Assembly (NCBI GenBank): GCA_965656495.1
Contig: CBFHKU010000004.1
Location: forward strand, 32,001-96,000
Source of the DNA: Coraliomargaritaceae bacterium
GTDB taxonomy: Bacteria > Verrucomicrobiota > Verrucomicrobiia > Opitutales > Coraliomargaritaceae
Reading direction: 5' to 3'
Length of the DNA stretch: 64,000 nt
Numbering within the stretch: position 1 is the first letter of the stretch; each line of letters opens with the position of its first letter. Below are positions 19,361 to 28,252 of the stretch, one piece after another. The notes below the pieces were generated by a model, which worked only from the letters and a program-made list of their open reading frames with translations, was not told where the DNA came from and made no database searches. Made by a program: the position numbers and the translations under genes.

Positions 19361-20212
19361 ATGAATCCTCTACTGATTCTGGGAGCGGCGGGGGCGGCAT
19401 GCCTCTATGCCACCGGTTCACTGCAAATCAAACGCGGCCTCAACAATGGTGCCAGCCTGCGGCGCACCGTTGCCACCACCAATGTTTTCATGGCGCTTTG
19501 GTCCCTGCCGCTTTTCTTTGTCGCGCGTGGCGATTTTGAGCTCGTCTCCTGGCTCACTGCCATGCTCGCCGGGGTCGCCCTTTTTCTGGGACGCATCCTC
19601 TCCGTCAAAGCCCTTGAAGTAGGTGACCTCTCGATCGTGGGCCCCCTCCTCGGTCTCAAAACCCTCCTCGTCGCGATTTTCTCCTTCGCCACCGGTCAGG
19701 CCGAACTCAACACCTGGCTCTGGACCGCCGCCATAACCGCCACCCTCGGCGTCATTCTCATTCAACGCGGTCCCCGCAAGCTCTCCACGAATCGACGCCA
19801 GGCCGCCGCCTACGCCGCCGGGGCAAGCATCCTTTTCGCAGGCTGTGATATCCTCGTCGTTGAAGCGCGTTCCCAACTCGGTATCGGCTGGCTCTCTCCG
19901 ACCCTTTTTATTACCCTTGCGCTCCTTGTTCCCTGCCTCGGTAAACTCACCCCGCCTGCCCCGGAGGCGCGCAAACCGATGTATCTCGGTTCCGTCATCA
20001 TGGGATTCCAAACGACCTTCGTTATCTTCCTCATCGGCCTCACCGGACAGGCCGTCATGATTAATATTATCTACGCTTCCCGCGCTATCTGGACCGTTGT
20101 TATTGACCGTTTCTATGGACGCGGCGAAGACGTTGCGGCCTTCTTCGTCTGGCGACTCCTCGGTGCCGCCCTGCTGGTCTTCTCGATTATACTGGTTATT
20201 TTTCTCCGCTAG
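19361..20212 (+). CDS. DMT/EamA-family membrane transporter
   Basis: ~10 hydrophobic helices in 283 aa; ALEVGDLSIVGPL EamA-type motif. Confidence 0.7.
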   Translation: MNPLLILGAAGAACLYATGSLQIKRGLNNGASLRRTVATTNVFMALWSLPLFFVARGDFELVSWLTAMLAGVALFLGRILSVKALEVGDLSIVGPLLGLKTLLVAIFSFATGQAELNTWLWTAAITATLGVILIQRGPRKLSTNRRQAAAYAAGASILFAGCDILVVEARSQLGIGWLSPTLFITLALLVPCLGKLTPPAPEARKPMYLGSVIMGFQTTFVIFLIGLTGQAVMINIIYASRAIWTVVIDRFYGRGEDVAAFFVWRLLGAALLVFSIILVIFLR

Positions 20213-21005
20213 ATAAAATTGCGCGGTTCAGCTTCCCTGAAACAAATCCCTCCGCATCGAATTCAACCTCGCGGAAACCCAAGCCCTGAATCGCCGCCGT
20301 CAATTTTTCCCGCTGCGTCTCTAATTGATCCAAGGCATCTGCCTCCACTTCCACCCGCGCGGTCTCGCCATAATGGCGCACGCGGTTGATGCGAAAACCC
20401 GCTTCAGTCAACAGCGCCTCCGCCGCCTCAATCTGACGCAATTTCTCAATCGTTATACGTTCACCATAGGGCACCCGTGAGGATAAACATGGACTCGCGG
20501 GCTTATCCCAGCAAACCAAATTAAAGTGTTCCGCCAGTGCCCGCACCCCCGCTTTGTCCACCCCGCAATCCACCAAAGGCGAGCGCACCTTAAATTCCTC
20601 CGCCGCCGCCAAGCCGGGCCGGTAATCCCCCGTATCATCCGTGTTGGTTCCGTTCAAAACCCACCAGTCCGGATAATCCCCCGCCAACCCAAGCATTTCA
20701 TCGTAAAGGGTGTGCTTGCAAAAATAACAACGGTTGGTCGGATTCTCGAAATAATTGGGGTTCTCCATTTCGGCAGTCGCAATCACCCGGAGCGGCAAAT
20801 CCATCCCGCCCGCAAAATTTTTTGCGGCTTCCAGATCCGACAATTTTAAACTCGGAGACGCCGAGATCACCGCAAGGACGCGCTCCTTTCCCAAAAAATG
20901 CCGCGCCAAATACGCTACCAGCGAACTGTCCACCCCACCGGAAAAAGCCACCAAGGCACCGGGACATTGCCCATACCAAGCCTTGAGTGCTTCCAGCGCT
21001 TTCAT
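20196..21005 (-). CDS. larE: Nickel-pincer cofactor sulfurtransferase LarE
   Basis: PP-loop AFSGGVDSS, NRCYFCK, GTNTDD.GDYRPG, WDKPASPCLSSRVPYG, SGKLN. Confidence 0.93.
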   Translation of the reverse strand: MKALEALKAWYGQCPGALVAFSGGVDSSLVAYLARHFLGKERVLAVISASPSLKLSDLEAAKNFAGGMDLPLRVIATAEMENPNYFENPTNRCYFCKHTLYDEMLGLAGDYPDWWVLNGTNTDDTGDYRPGLAAAEEFKVRSPLVDCGVDKAGVRALAEHFNLVCWDKPASPCLSSRVPYGERITIEKLRQIEAAEALLTEAGFRINRVRHYGETARVEVEADALDQLETQREKLTAAIQGLGFREVEFDAEGFVSGKLNRAILSSGEK

Positions 21006-21077
21006 GTTGTTTTGCTAAGACCCATTAACCAATCTGTCAACTTGCCCTCACCACCCTTTTAATTAAAAAGAACCCCT

Positions 21078-22301
21078 ATGCGTATTTTGCACTACCATTG
21101 CCCCGCCGGAATCAGCGGCGATATGAATCTCGCTGCAATGGTGGCGCTCGGCGTAGACCCCGCCGCCCTCGAAGCCGAACTGCGCAAACTCCCCTATACC
21201 GGTTGGTCGCTCCAATTCGAAACCACTCAACGCGGCGGCATCAGCGGCCTCAGCTGCAAGGTCATCCTCGATCACGATCACGACCACCAGCACAGTCACG
21301 ACTACGAATCCGGGCACTCCCATCACCGTACCTATCGCGAAATTCGCGAGGCCATCGAATCCAGCGCCCTCGCGGCGCCCATCCAAAAGGATGCCCTCGC
21401 CTGCTTTGGCGCCCTCGCGGAAGCGGAGGCGGCCGTGCATGGCATTGAACCGGAAGCGGTGCACTTCCATGAAGTCGGGGCCCTCGATTCCATTATCGAT
21501 ATCGTAGGTGCCGCCATCGCCTGGCATTTGCTCGGCATCGACCGCATTGCCTGCTCCACCCTCGAGGTCGGGGGAGGCACCGTAAAATGCGCCCACGGCG
21601 TCATGCCGGTCCCCGCGCCCGCCACCGCTCGACTCCTCGAAGGCGTCCCCTTCACATCCGGAGCCACCGACCAGGAATGCACCACCCCGACCGGTGCCAC
21701 CCTCCTCATCGGCAAAGCCTGCGCCTTCGGAACCCGCCTGCAAGGCACCCAAGTCAAAACCGCCATCGCGACCGGACACCGCGACGACCCCAATCTCCCC
21801 AACGCCCTCTACCTCTCCCTCTTTGAAACAGCCGGGGAAAGCCCCGCCCTCGAATCCACTGAAACGATCTGGGAACTCGCCGCCAACATCGATGACATGA
21901 CCGCAGAGGCCATCGCATTTCTCTGCGAGACGATCCTGGAGGCGGGCGCAGTGGATTGTTGGCAAAGCCCCGCCACCTTCAAAAAGGGCCGCCTCGGTTC
22001 CATTGTCCACGCCCTTGTCGCCGCCGAACAAATCCAATCGGTCGAAGCCTGCTTCTTTAAACATAGCCGGACCCTTGGCGTGCGCCGCAAACCCTGGGAA
22101 CGTTCCATCCTTCAACGCGAAATCCAATCCCTCGAAACCCCCTTCGGTTCGGTCCGCGTTAAAACCGCACAAGGTCCCGATGGTTCGACCCACCGGAAAA
22201 TCGAATACGAGGACTGCGCCCGTATCGCCCGCGAGCAAAAAGAATCCCTCGAATGGGTCCACGCCCAAATCGATCCCCTCCTTGACGAACCTCAATCCTA
22301 A
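21078..22301 (+). CDS. larC: Nickel insertase LarC
   Basis: GISGDM, His-rich DHDHDHQHSH..GHSHH, VHFHEVGALDSIIDIVG, CAHGVMPVPAPAT, TPTGA, NIDD, KKGR, EYEDC. Confidence 0.95.
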   Translation: MRILHYHCPAGISGDMNLAAMVALGVDPAALEAELRKLPYTGWSLQFETTQRGGISGLSCKVILDHDHDHQHSHDYESGHSHHRTYREIREAIESSALAAPIQKDALACFGALAEAEAAVHGIEPEAVHFHEVGALDSIIDIVGAAIAWHLLGIDRIACSTLEVGGGTVKCAHGVMPVPAPATARLLEGVPFTSGATDQECTTPTGATLLIGKACAFGTRLQGTQVKTAIATGHRDDPNLPNALYLSLFETAGESPALESTETIWELAANIDDMTAEAIAFLCETILEAGAVDCWQSPATFKKGRLGSIVHALVAAEQIQSVEACFFKHSRTLGVRRKPWERSILQREIQSLETPFGSVRVKTAQGPDGSTHRKIEYEDCARIAREQKESLEWVHAQIDPLLDEPQS

Positions 22302-22304
22302 GCC

Positions 22305-23036
22305 ATGAAAGCACGCGAAATCCTCGAACAAGTCCAACGCGGCGAACTCGACCTCGACGCCGCCCTCGCCGAATTGCAGGGCTTTGAAGATCTCGGCCAC
22401 AGCCGCGTCGACCTCGCCCGCGAGCAACGCAACGGGGCCCCCGAGGTGATCTACGGTGAAGGAAAAACCGCCGACCAAATCCGTGAAATCATGCAAAGCA
22501 TGGCAAAGCGGGAACAGAATACCCTCGTGACCCGCCTCGATCCCGCCAGCGCTGAGGCGCTGCGCCAAACCTTTCCGGATGCCAACTATTGCCCGCAGGC
22601 ACGAATCCTCACGCGCCTCCATTCCGCCCCGGCGCCCGCCGCTACAAAAATCGCCCTCGTCTGCGCCGGTACCTCCGACCTGCCCGTTGCCGAGGAAGCA
22701 CGCCTCACCGCCGAATTTTACGGCAACCCCGTTGAAACAATCTACGACGCCGGAGTCGCTGGTCTCCATCGCCTCCTTGCCAGCGTTGATACGATCCGGG
22801 CCTGCCGCGTCGTCATCGTGGTGGCGGGCATGGAAGGCGCCCTCCCCAGCGTGGTGGGCGGACTCGTGGATGCCCCCGTTATCGCAGTCCCCACCAGCGT
22901 CGGTTACGGCTCCAGTTTTGAAGGCCTCTCCGCCCTCCTCGGGATGCTCAATTCCTGCGCGAGCGGACTGAGCGTTGTCAATATCGACAACGGATTCGGC
23001 GCGGGCTTCCTCGCCAACCGTATCAATCGGCTTTAG
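22305..23036 (+). CDS. larB: NaAD carboxylase/hydrolase LarB
   Basis: PEVIYGEGKT, AGTSDLPVAEEA, DAGVAGLHRL, AGMEGALPSVVGGL, PTSVGYG, MLNSCASG, VVNIDNGFGA. Confidence 0.95.
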   Translation: MKAREILEQVQRGELDLDAALAELQGFEDLGHSRVDLAREQRNGAPEVIYGEGKTADQIREIMQSMAKREQNTLVTRLDPASAEALRQTFPDANYCPQARILTRLHSAPAPAATKIALVCAGTSDLPVAEEARLTAEFYGNPVETIYDAGVAGLHRLLASVDTIRACRVVIVVAGMEGALPSVVGGLVDAPVIAVPTSVGYGSSFEGLSALLGMLNSCASGLSVVNIDNGFGAGFLANRINRL

Positions 23037-24037
23037 GCATTGTGCTGCCTGCGGTGACAGCAGTCCGCCTCGTAGTGTTTCGCGCCGTGCTGCAGCGCAG
23101 CGTAGTCCGGTGAATCCGGCGCATCATTCACCGCAAAGCGCGCGCGTTCCTCGGCCTTGAAGGGTTGCGCCGCACAACCGGCTACCGCCTGATCGACGTA
23201 TTCTACCTTGTCTGCTCCGACCACGTGACAGCAGACCTGCGGATAACTCAAAGAATACTGCAAGACTTCCTGGGCATTGGTCGTTTCGTGCAGATGGGTG
23301 CGACGGCTCCCGCCAAATCCCTTCATGCCCAAGACCGCGATTTCATGCTTTTCACACAAGGGCATGATTTCGTTTTCAAAAGCGCGGGATTGCAAAGCAC
23401 CCACCACCGAGACCGGCATCAGCGTCGCGTCCCATTGATAACCCCCCTCAATAATATCGCGATGAACCTTGGGATCGGTGTGACCCGTAAACCCGGTGTA
23501 GCGAATCTTGCCCTGCTGCTTCGCCAACTCCAGCGCTTCGATCGCGCCCTCTTTGCGATAAGCATCATGGGCATCGTCCTTGCTCACATGATGCAGCATC
23601 CATAGATCCAAGTGATCCGTCTTCAGGCGGCGCAGGGAATCCTCCAGCATCCGCATTGCACCCGCCACATCCGGGGTGTAATGATCACTGTGGTAATTGC
23701 AAAATTTCGTCATCAGGAAGATCTCGTCCCGCCTCCCCTTCAACGCTTCACCCATGTATTCCTCAGCTTTCCCGCCATGGTAATCCCAGGCATTCTCAAA
23801 GAAATTCACCCCCAGATCCAGCGCGCGGTGCGCGATCGCATTGGCCTCTTTTTGCGAGCCCGCCATATACAGCGTGTGCCCTCCGAAACCCACCACCGTC
23901 AACATGTCGGCGTGGCGGCCAAATTTCCGCTTCGGAATCACCACCTTAGCGGCGGCTTCCGCCCAGGCCGTGCTGCTCTTTAAAGCCGCAGCCGATCCAA
24001 GTGAAAATTTGAGGAAGTTGCGACGTGAAAGACTCAT
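23033..24037 (-). CDS. Tat-exported aldo-keto reductase family protein
   Basis: SRRNFLK twin-arginine signal; GFGG, FFENAWDY, FLMTK, SLRRLKTDHLDLWMLH, GKIRYTGFTGH; stop overlaps the larB stop. Confidence 0.9.
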   Translation of the reverse strand: MSLSRRNFLKFSLGSAAALKSSTAWAEAAAKVVIPKRKFGRHADMLTVVGFGGHTLYMAGSQKEANAIAHRALDLGVNFFENAWDYHGGKAEEYMGEALKGRRDEIFLMTKFCNYHSDHYTPDVAGAMRMLEDSLRRLKTDHLDLWMLHHVSKDDAHDAYRKEGAIEALELAKQQGKIRYTGFTGHTDPKVHRDIIEGGYQWDATLMPVSVVGALQSRAFENEIMPLCEKHEIAVLGMKGFGGSRRTHLHETTNAQEVLQYSLSYPQVCCHVVGADKVEYVDQAVAGCAAQPFKAEERARFAVNDAPDSPDYAALQHGAKHYEADCCHRRQHNA

Positions 24038-24203
24038 GACTTTTGGGGTGTTGACTGAAATGCTGCGTGTTGCCGATATTAACAACTTGAGAATGTCCAA
24101 AACATAGCTTGGAACCATCCGATTTCAAGCATGGATGCTCCAAATACCCCATGTCTGGAATCCAAACCGACCGCGACCCCGGAAGCGCATCCGAGCCAAG
24201 CCT

Positions 24204-24875
24204 TTAAGGTTGCACGAAGACAAACAAAGTCTTTTCCCCGACTACCATACCCGAGGAATTCAACGCCCTGACCACCACTTTTTCCCGCATTCCCGCACCG
24301 TAAGCGACCGGTTCCACCATCAACACATACTGCCCCGACTTTTGTGAATCGGGCGCGGCCTTTACCTGCAAAACCTCCCCATTGAAGCCCAGCGCACCCA
24401 GCTTCACCGCATGATCGGGATGCAACTGTACCCGCACCTCCCGTGGCCCCACCGCCCCGCGCTTCCAATAAAGGATTTCCGGCTGCAACTGCATCGCCTC
24501 CACAATATTCACCGCTAATTTCAAATACGCCACCGGTTCCGGCATCCCCTCGAGAAAAACCCGCAGCACACTCTCATTCCGCCCCTGCCGTTTACCCTTC
24601 TCGAAAACCGCCGCCACAACCGTCGATTCCCCCGCAGCCAGCACCCGCTTCGCCGGCAAAGCAGCCGTGCAACCACAACTGCTCTCCACCCGATTAAACC
24701 GCAACTCCGCAGCGCCCGTGTTCCTGACGCGGTATTCCACCCGCACCTCCGCATCCCCCGGCCCCATTTCCACTTCCGTCTCAGTCCGTTCCCATTCCAA
24801 TTCCACTTCTGGCGCAGCCGATGCCAGACCCGCAAGAACTAGGACCATCAAAAGCATCCATCCATACCGCTTCAA
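24204..24875 (-). CDS. DUF1573 Ig-like domain protein
   Basis: RNTG..ELRFNRVESSCGCT signature; signal peptide. Confidence 0.8.
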   Translation of the reverse strand: MKRYGWMLLMVLVLAGLASAAPEVELEWERTETEVEMGPGDAEVRVEYRVRNTGAAELRFNRVESSCGCTAALPAKRVLAAGESTVVAAVFEKGKRQGRNESVLRVFLEGMPEPVAYLKLAVNIVEAMQLQPEILYWKRGAVGPREVRVQLHPDHAVKLGALGFNGEVLQVKAAPDSQKSGQYVLMVEPVAYGAGMREKVVVRALNSSGMVVGEKTLFVFVQP

Positions 24876-25312
24876 CGCTCCACCTCGCCTTCAATCCCCC
24901 GCTCACCATCCCAACAAATCAAAATCACCGCCCCCAGGAGCAACAGACCGTTCCGTACCAACAAAACCGCATAAGGCGCCATCAAACCCATCGATCCAAA
25001 ACATCCACAGTCAACCTCCAGACCCCGTAGCCACGCGCTCAGGTGCAGACCCATAAAGCACAACAAAAGCAGACCGATCACCCAGGCACTCCCCCGCCGC
25101 ACACCCGGAAACAAGAGACCCAGCCCCGCCCACAATTCCAGCCAGGGCAAACCCAACGCCACCCAGCGCGCCCAGTCCGCTCCCACCACCTGATAGGATT
25201 CCACCGCCGTTGCAAACGCCAGCGGATCGCGCAACTTCGATGCCGCCGCCCACACAAACGCCACCCCCAGCACCACCCGCAAAAGCAAGCCTATCCAAAA
25301 CCTCGGCTTCAT
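24872..25312 (-). CDS. MauE/DoxX-family membrane protein
   Basis: LRVVLGVAFVWAAASKL.DP..F, LPWLEL, DCGCFG; ATG overlaps the rhodanese stop. Confidence 0.85.
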   Translation of the reverse strand: MKPRFWIGLLLRVVLGVAFVWAAASKLRDPLAFATAVESYQVVGADWARWVALGLPWLELWAGLGLLFPGVRRGSAWVIGLLLLCFMGLHLSAWLRGLEVDCGCFGSMGLMAPYAVLLVRNGLLLLGAVILICWDGERGIEGEVER

Positions 25313-25740
25313 TCCTGCAAGGCCTCCCAGCCACCCTTCAACCAATAAACCTCCGCTCCCGTCACCGCTTCCCGCAAACGCATTGCCAATCGCTTACTCG
25401 ACCCACAGCCCGCCTCCGCGCAATACACCACCATCACCCTCGGTTCCTCCAGCCAAACCATCATCAATTCCATCACCCCCGTTCCCCAATTCGTTTCATT
25501 CAAATGAATCGCACCCGGTTCATGCCCCTCCGCATACTCAGCCGCAGTCCGCGCATCCACCCACAGCACCGCCTGCCCCCGCGCCGCCGACACTGAAATC
25601 TCCTCCTTGTCCACCCATTCACCCGCCGCCCACGGCACCGGTGACCAGCCCACTAAAACCGACAACACACTGCCCCCCAAAGTCAGTAGCAACAAGATCC
25701 AGCATTGGCGCACAATCAACATCCACCCAGCCTGAACCAT
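25309..25740 (-). CDS. Rhodanese-like domain protein, membrane anchored
   Basis: WVDAR..EY.EGH.PGA, VVYC....C..S, LKGGWE. Confidence 0.82.
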   Translation of the reverse strand: MVQAGWMLIVRQCWILLLLTLGGSVLSVLVGWSPVPWAAGEWVDKEEISVSAARGQAVLWVDARTAAEYAEGHEPGAIHLNETNWGTGVMELMMVWLEEPRVMVVYCAEAGCGSSKRLAMRLREAVTGAEVYWLKGGWEALQE

Positions 25741-25844
25741 TTAGCGCAAAAAACAAACCACGAATGAAACAAAAGAGGCGCACGTTGCAAGTTGTGGGTT
25801 GTTGGATCGGCACCGTGAAGGCTCAATGGACATCTTCTACTTTT

Positions 25845-26425
25845 CCGGCAGAGCCGGGAACCGCTTATCTTCGCTTATAAACACTAATATTTTTATCGTA
25901 TTGTTTTTAGCATTAGTGGATATAAGCGCCCATTAGCGGTCGCCAGCTAAGCTGGCCTCAGGGCAGATTGTAGGAAACTACGAATCACGCCGATCACGCG
26001 AATAAAGCATTGCCCGCGAAGGTACGCGAAGGGGAGCTGAAAGGTTAGGAAATGAAACCACGAACGACACGAAAAACACGAACCCGACTGAGCCGGGAAC
26101 CACTGATCTTCGCTTATAAACACCAATATTTTTATCGTATTGTTTTTAGCATTAGTGGATATAAGCACCCATTAGTGGTCGCCAGCTAAGCTGGCCTAAG
26201 GGCAGATTATAGGAAACTACGAATCACGCCGATCACGCGAATAAAGCATTGCCCGCGAAGAGGAGCAGGAAGGTTGGGAAATGGAACCACGAACGACACA
26301 AAAACCACGAACCCGGCAGAGCCGGGAACCGCTTATCTTTGCTTATAAACACTAATATTTTTGCTTTAAGGATAAGCGAAAATTAGCGCCCATTAGCGGT
26401 CGCCAGCTAAGCTGGCCTCAGTGCA
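25845..26425. repeat. Tandem array of ~230-240-bp hairpin-rich units (2 full + 1 partial)
   Basis: Units start near 25845, 26084 and 26313 (ccgRcWgagccgggaaccRct...); each has a long imperfect palindrome and a gccagc-taa-gctggc hairpin. Confidence 0.9.
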
Positions 26426-26438
26426 GCGCACCGGAAAA

Positions 26439-26701
26439 CGTCCGACATCGAACCCCGAACGCTGAAGCGATTTAGTGGTGGGAAGGTATGAAGGTGGAAA
26501 AGTGGGAATGTTTGAAATATGCTGCATCACCACTCCGTGTACTCGCTGCCTCTGTGGTGAGTTCGATGTTCAGCGTTCGATGCTCAATGTTCAAAGTTCC
26601 CTAACCTTCCAACCACTAAATCCCTTCAACGTTCAATGTTCGATGTTCAATGTTCAAAGTTCCCTAACCTTCCCACTTTCCCACCTTCCCACTTTCCCAC
26701 C
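26439..26701. repeat. Nested inverted repeats built from 7-mer (gttcRat) and 8-mer (ttcccacY) units
   Basis: 31-bp IR 26457-26487 / 26604-26634 (3 mismatches); ~36-bp direct repeat at 26575 and 26638; ttcccacY tandem at 26670-26700. Confidence 0.8.
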
Positions 26702-26869
26702 CCTAAAACGGCATCACTGGTACACATGCTATTGCTTGGCGCGTGGGTTACTTTGATGCTGTGCCCACGGGGTGAGTTGATTTTTTGAAAAAAGGACTGA
26801 GCGTTTTCTTGAGGAGTGTGAAAGCCTTGGATTGACGCGGGGGTGTTTTGGGCGTTTAACACCCTTTTA

Positions 26870-27613
26870 ATGAGTGCCAGTGATTCCGAAAAACCCAAAC
26901 CGAAATATAAACGTATCGTTCTGAAGCTGAGCGGTGAAGTCCTGCGAAATACGGAGGACGGCGAACCGATCAGTCCGGCGATTTTGACGGAAATATGCAC
27001 GGAGGTTAAAAAGGTTTACGATATCGGGGTGCAGGTCGGTCTGGTGATCGGCGGTGGAAATATTTTCCGGGGCCTGAGTGGTTCGGAGTTGAAGGGGGTG
27101 GATCGCACCACCGGTGATTATATGGGGATGCTGGCGACCGTGATCAACGGCCTGGCGATCATGGATTGCCTCGAGAAAATGGGGGTGACGGTGCGTCTGC
27201 AGAGTGCGATCCCGATGGATAAACTGGCGGAACCTTTCATTGTGCGTCGTGCCACGCGGCATTTGGAACGCGGACGGGTCGTGATTTTCGCGGGGGGCAC
27301 CGGGAATCCGTATTTTTCAACCGACACCTGCGCGGCCTTGCGGGCGAGTGAAATCGGGGCGAATATGCTGATGAAAGCCACGAAGGTGGACGGCATATAC
27401 GACAAGGATCCGGCGAAGCACAAGGACGCGGTGAAATACGAAAGCCTGCGCTACATCGACGCGCTGCGCGAGCAGTTGAACGTAATGGATTCGACGGCCT
27501 TCTCGCTCTGCATGGAAAACAAGATGCCGGTCTTGGTCTTCAGTATGCGCGAACCCGGCTCGATTTACCGCGCCGTGATGGGCGAGTCGATCGGCACGCG
27601 GGTCGACGATTAG
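26870..27613 (+). CDS. pyrH: UMP kinase
   Basis: [45 protein letters not shown]. Confidence 0.97.
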   Translation: MSASDSEKPKPKYKRIVLKLSGEVLRNTEDGEPISPAILTEICTEVKKVYDIGVQVGLVIGGGNIFRGLSGSELKGVDRTTGDYMGMLATVINGLAIMDCLEKMGVTVRLQSAIPMDKLAEPFIVRRATRHLERGRVVIFAGGTGNPYFSTDTCAALRASEIGANMLMKATKVDGIYDKDPAKHKDAVKYESLRYIDALREQLNVMDSTAFSLCMENKMPVLVFSMREPGSIYRAVMGESIGTRVDD

Positions 27614-27660
27614 GAATTTCCCAAACCCTACCCTTTTTAAATATTAACCGATAAGTAATC

Positions 27661-28218
27661 ATGGAACCCAAAGAAATCCTCGCCGCACTCAAAGCCGATC
27701 TGGAAAAGGCCATCGAGTATACCTTAAGTCAATTTGGCAGCCTCCACACCGGCAAGGCCAGTCCGGCGATGCTGGACAGTGTGAAGGTGGACGCCTACGG
27801 GAGCACGGTCTCGCTGAAGGAAGTGGCGGCCGTCACGACCCCCGACGCCCGCACTATCATGGTGCAACCCTGGGACAAGAGCGTGGTGCGCGAGGTCGAA
27901 AAAGGGATCATCGATGCGAACCTCGGATTCAATCCGCTGGTGGACGGCGGCATCCTGCGGGTACCGGTACCGGAATTGACCGGTGAGCGCCGCGCAAACC
28001 TCGCCAAGCAGGCGGGCGGGATGGCGGAAGACGGCCGCGTGCGGGTCCGGCAGGCGCGTCGCGACGCCCTCGACCTCCTGAAAGCCGCCAAAGAGGACGG
28101 TCTCTCGGAGGATGATGTGAAACGCCACGAGAAGGACATCCAAAACGAGCACGACGCGTTCATTGCCAAAATCAATGAACAATTGGCGAAGAAGGAGGCG
28201 GATTTAAAATCGGTCTAA
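27661..28218 (+). CDS. frr: Ribosome recycling factor
   Basis: TGKASPAMLD.V.VDAYG, QPWD, P.LTGERR; follows pyrH. Confidence 0.97.
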   Translation: MEPKEILAALKADLEKAIEYTLSQFGSLHTGKASPAMLDSVKVDAYGSTVSLKEVAAVTTPDARTIMVQPWDKSVVREVEKGIIDANLGFNPLVDGGILRVPVPELTGERRANLAKQAGGMAEDGRVRVRQARRDALDLLKAAKEDGLSEDDVKRHEKDIQNEHDAFIAKINEQLAKKEADLKSV

Positions 28219-28252
28219 GGCGGGTCACGCCATTGGCATTGGCATAGTTATT

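Noticed and set aside
21063..22769. 568-aa minus-strand ORF, and similar long antisense ORFs (28271-29404, 29957-31189, 44227-45924)
   Set aside because: They shadow clearly identified genes (larC/larB, proB, uvrB, alaS), have no motifs, and are expected from GC-rich codon bias.
25947..26756. ORFs with repetitive peptides (VQCSMFNVQ etc.; also 29640-29956 and 40808-41103)
   Set aside because: Translations of heptamer, octamer and REP repeats with no coding signature.
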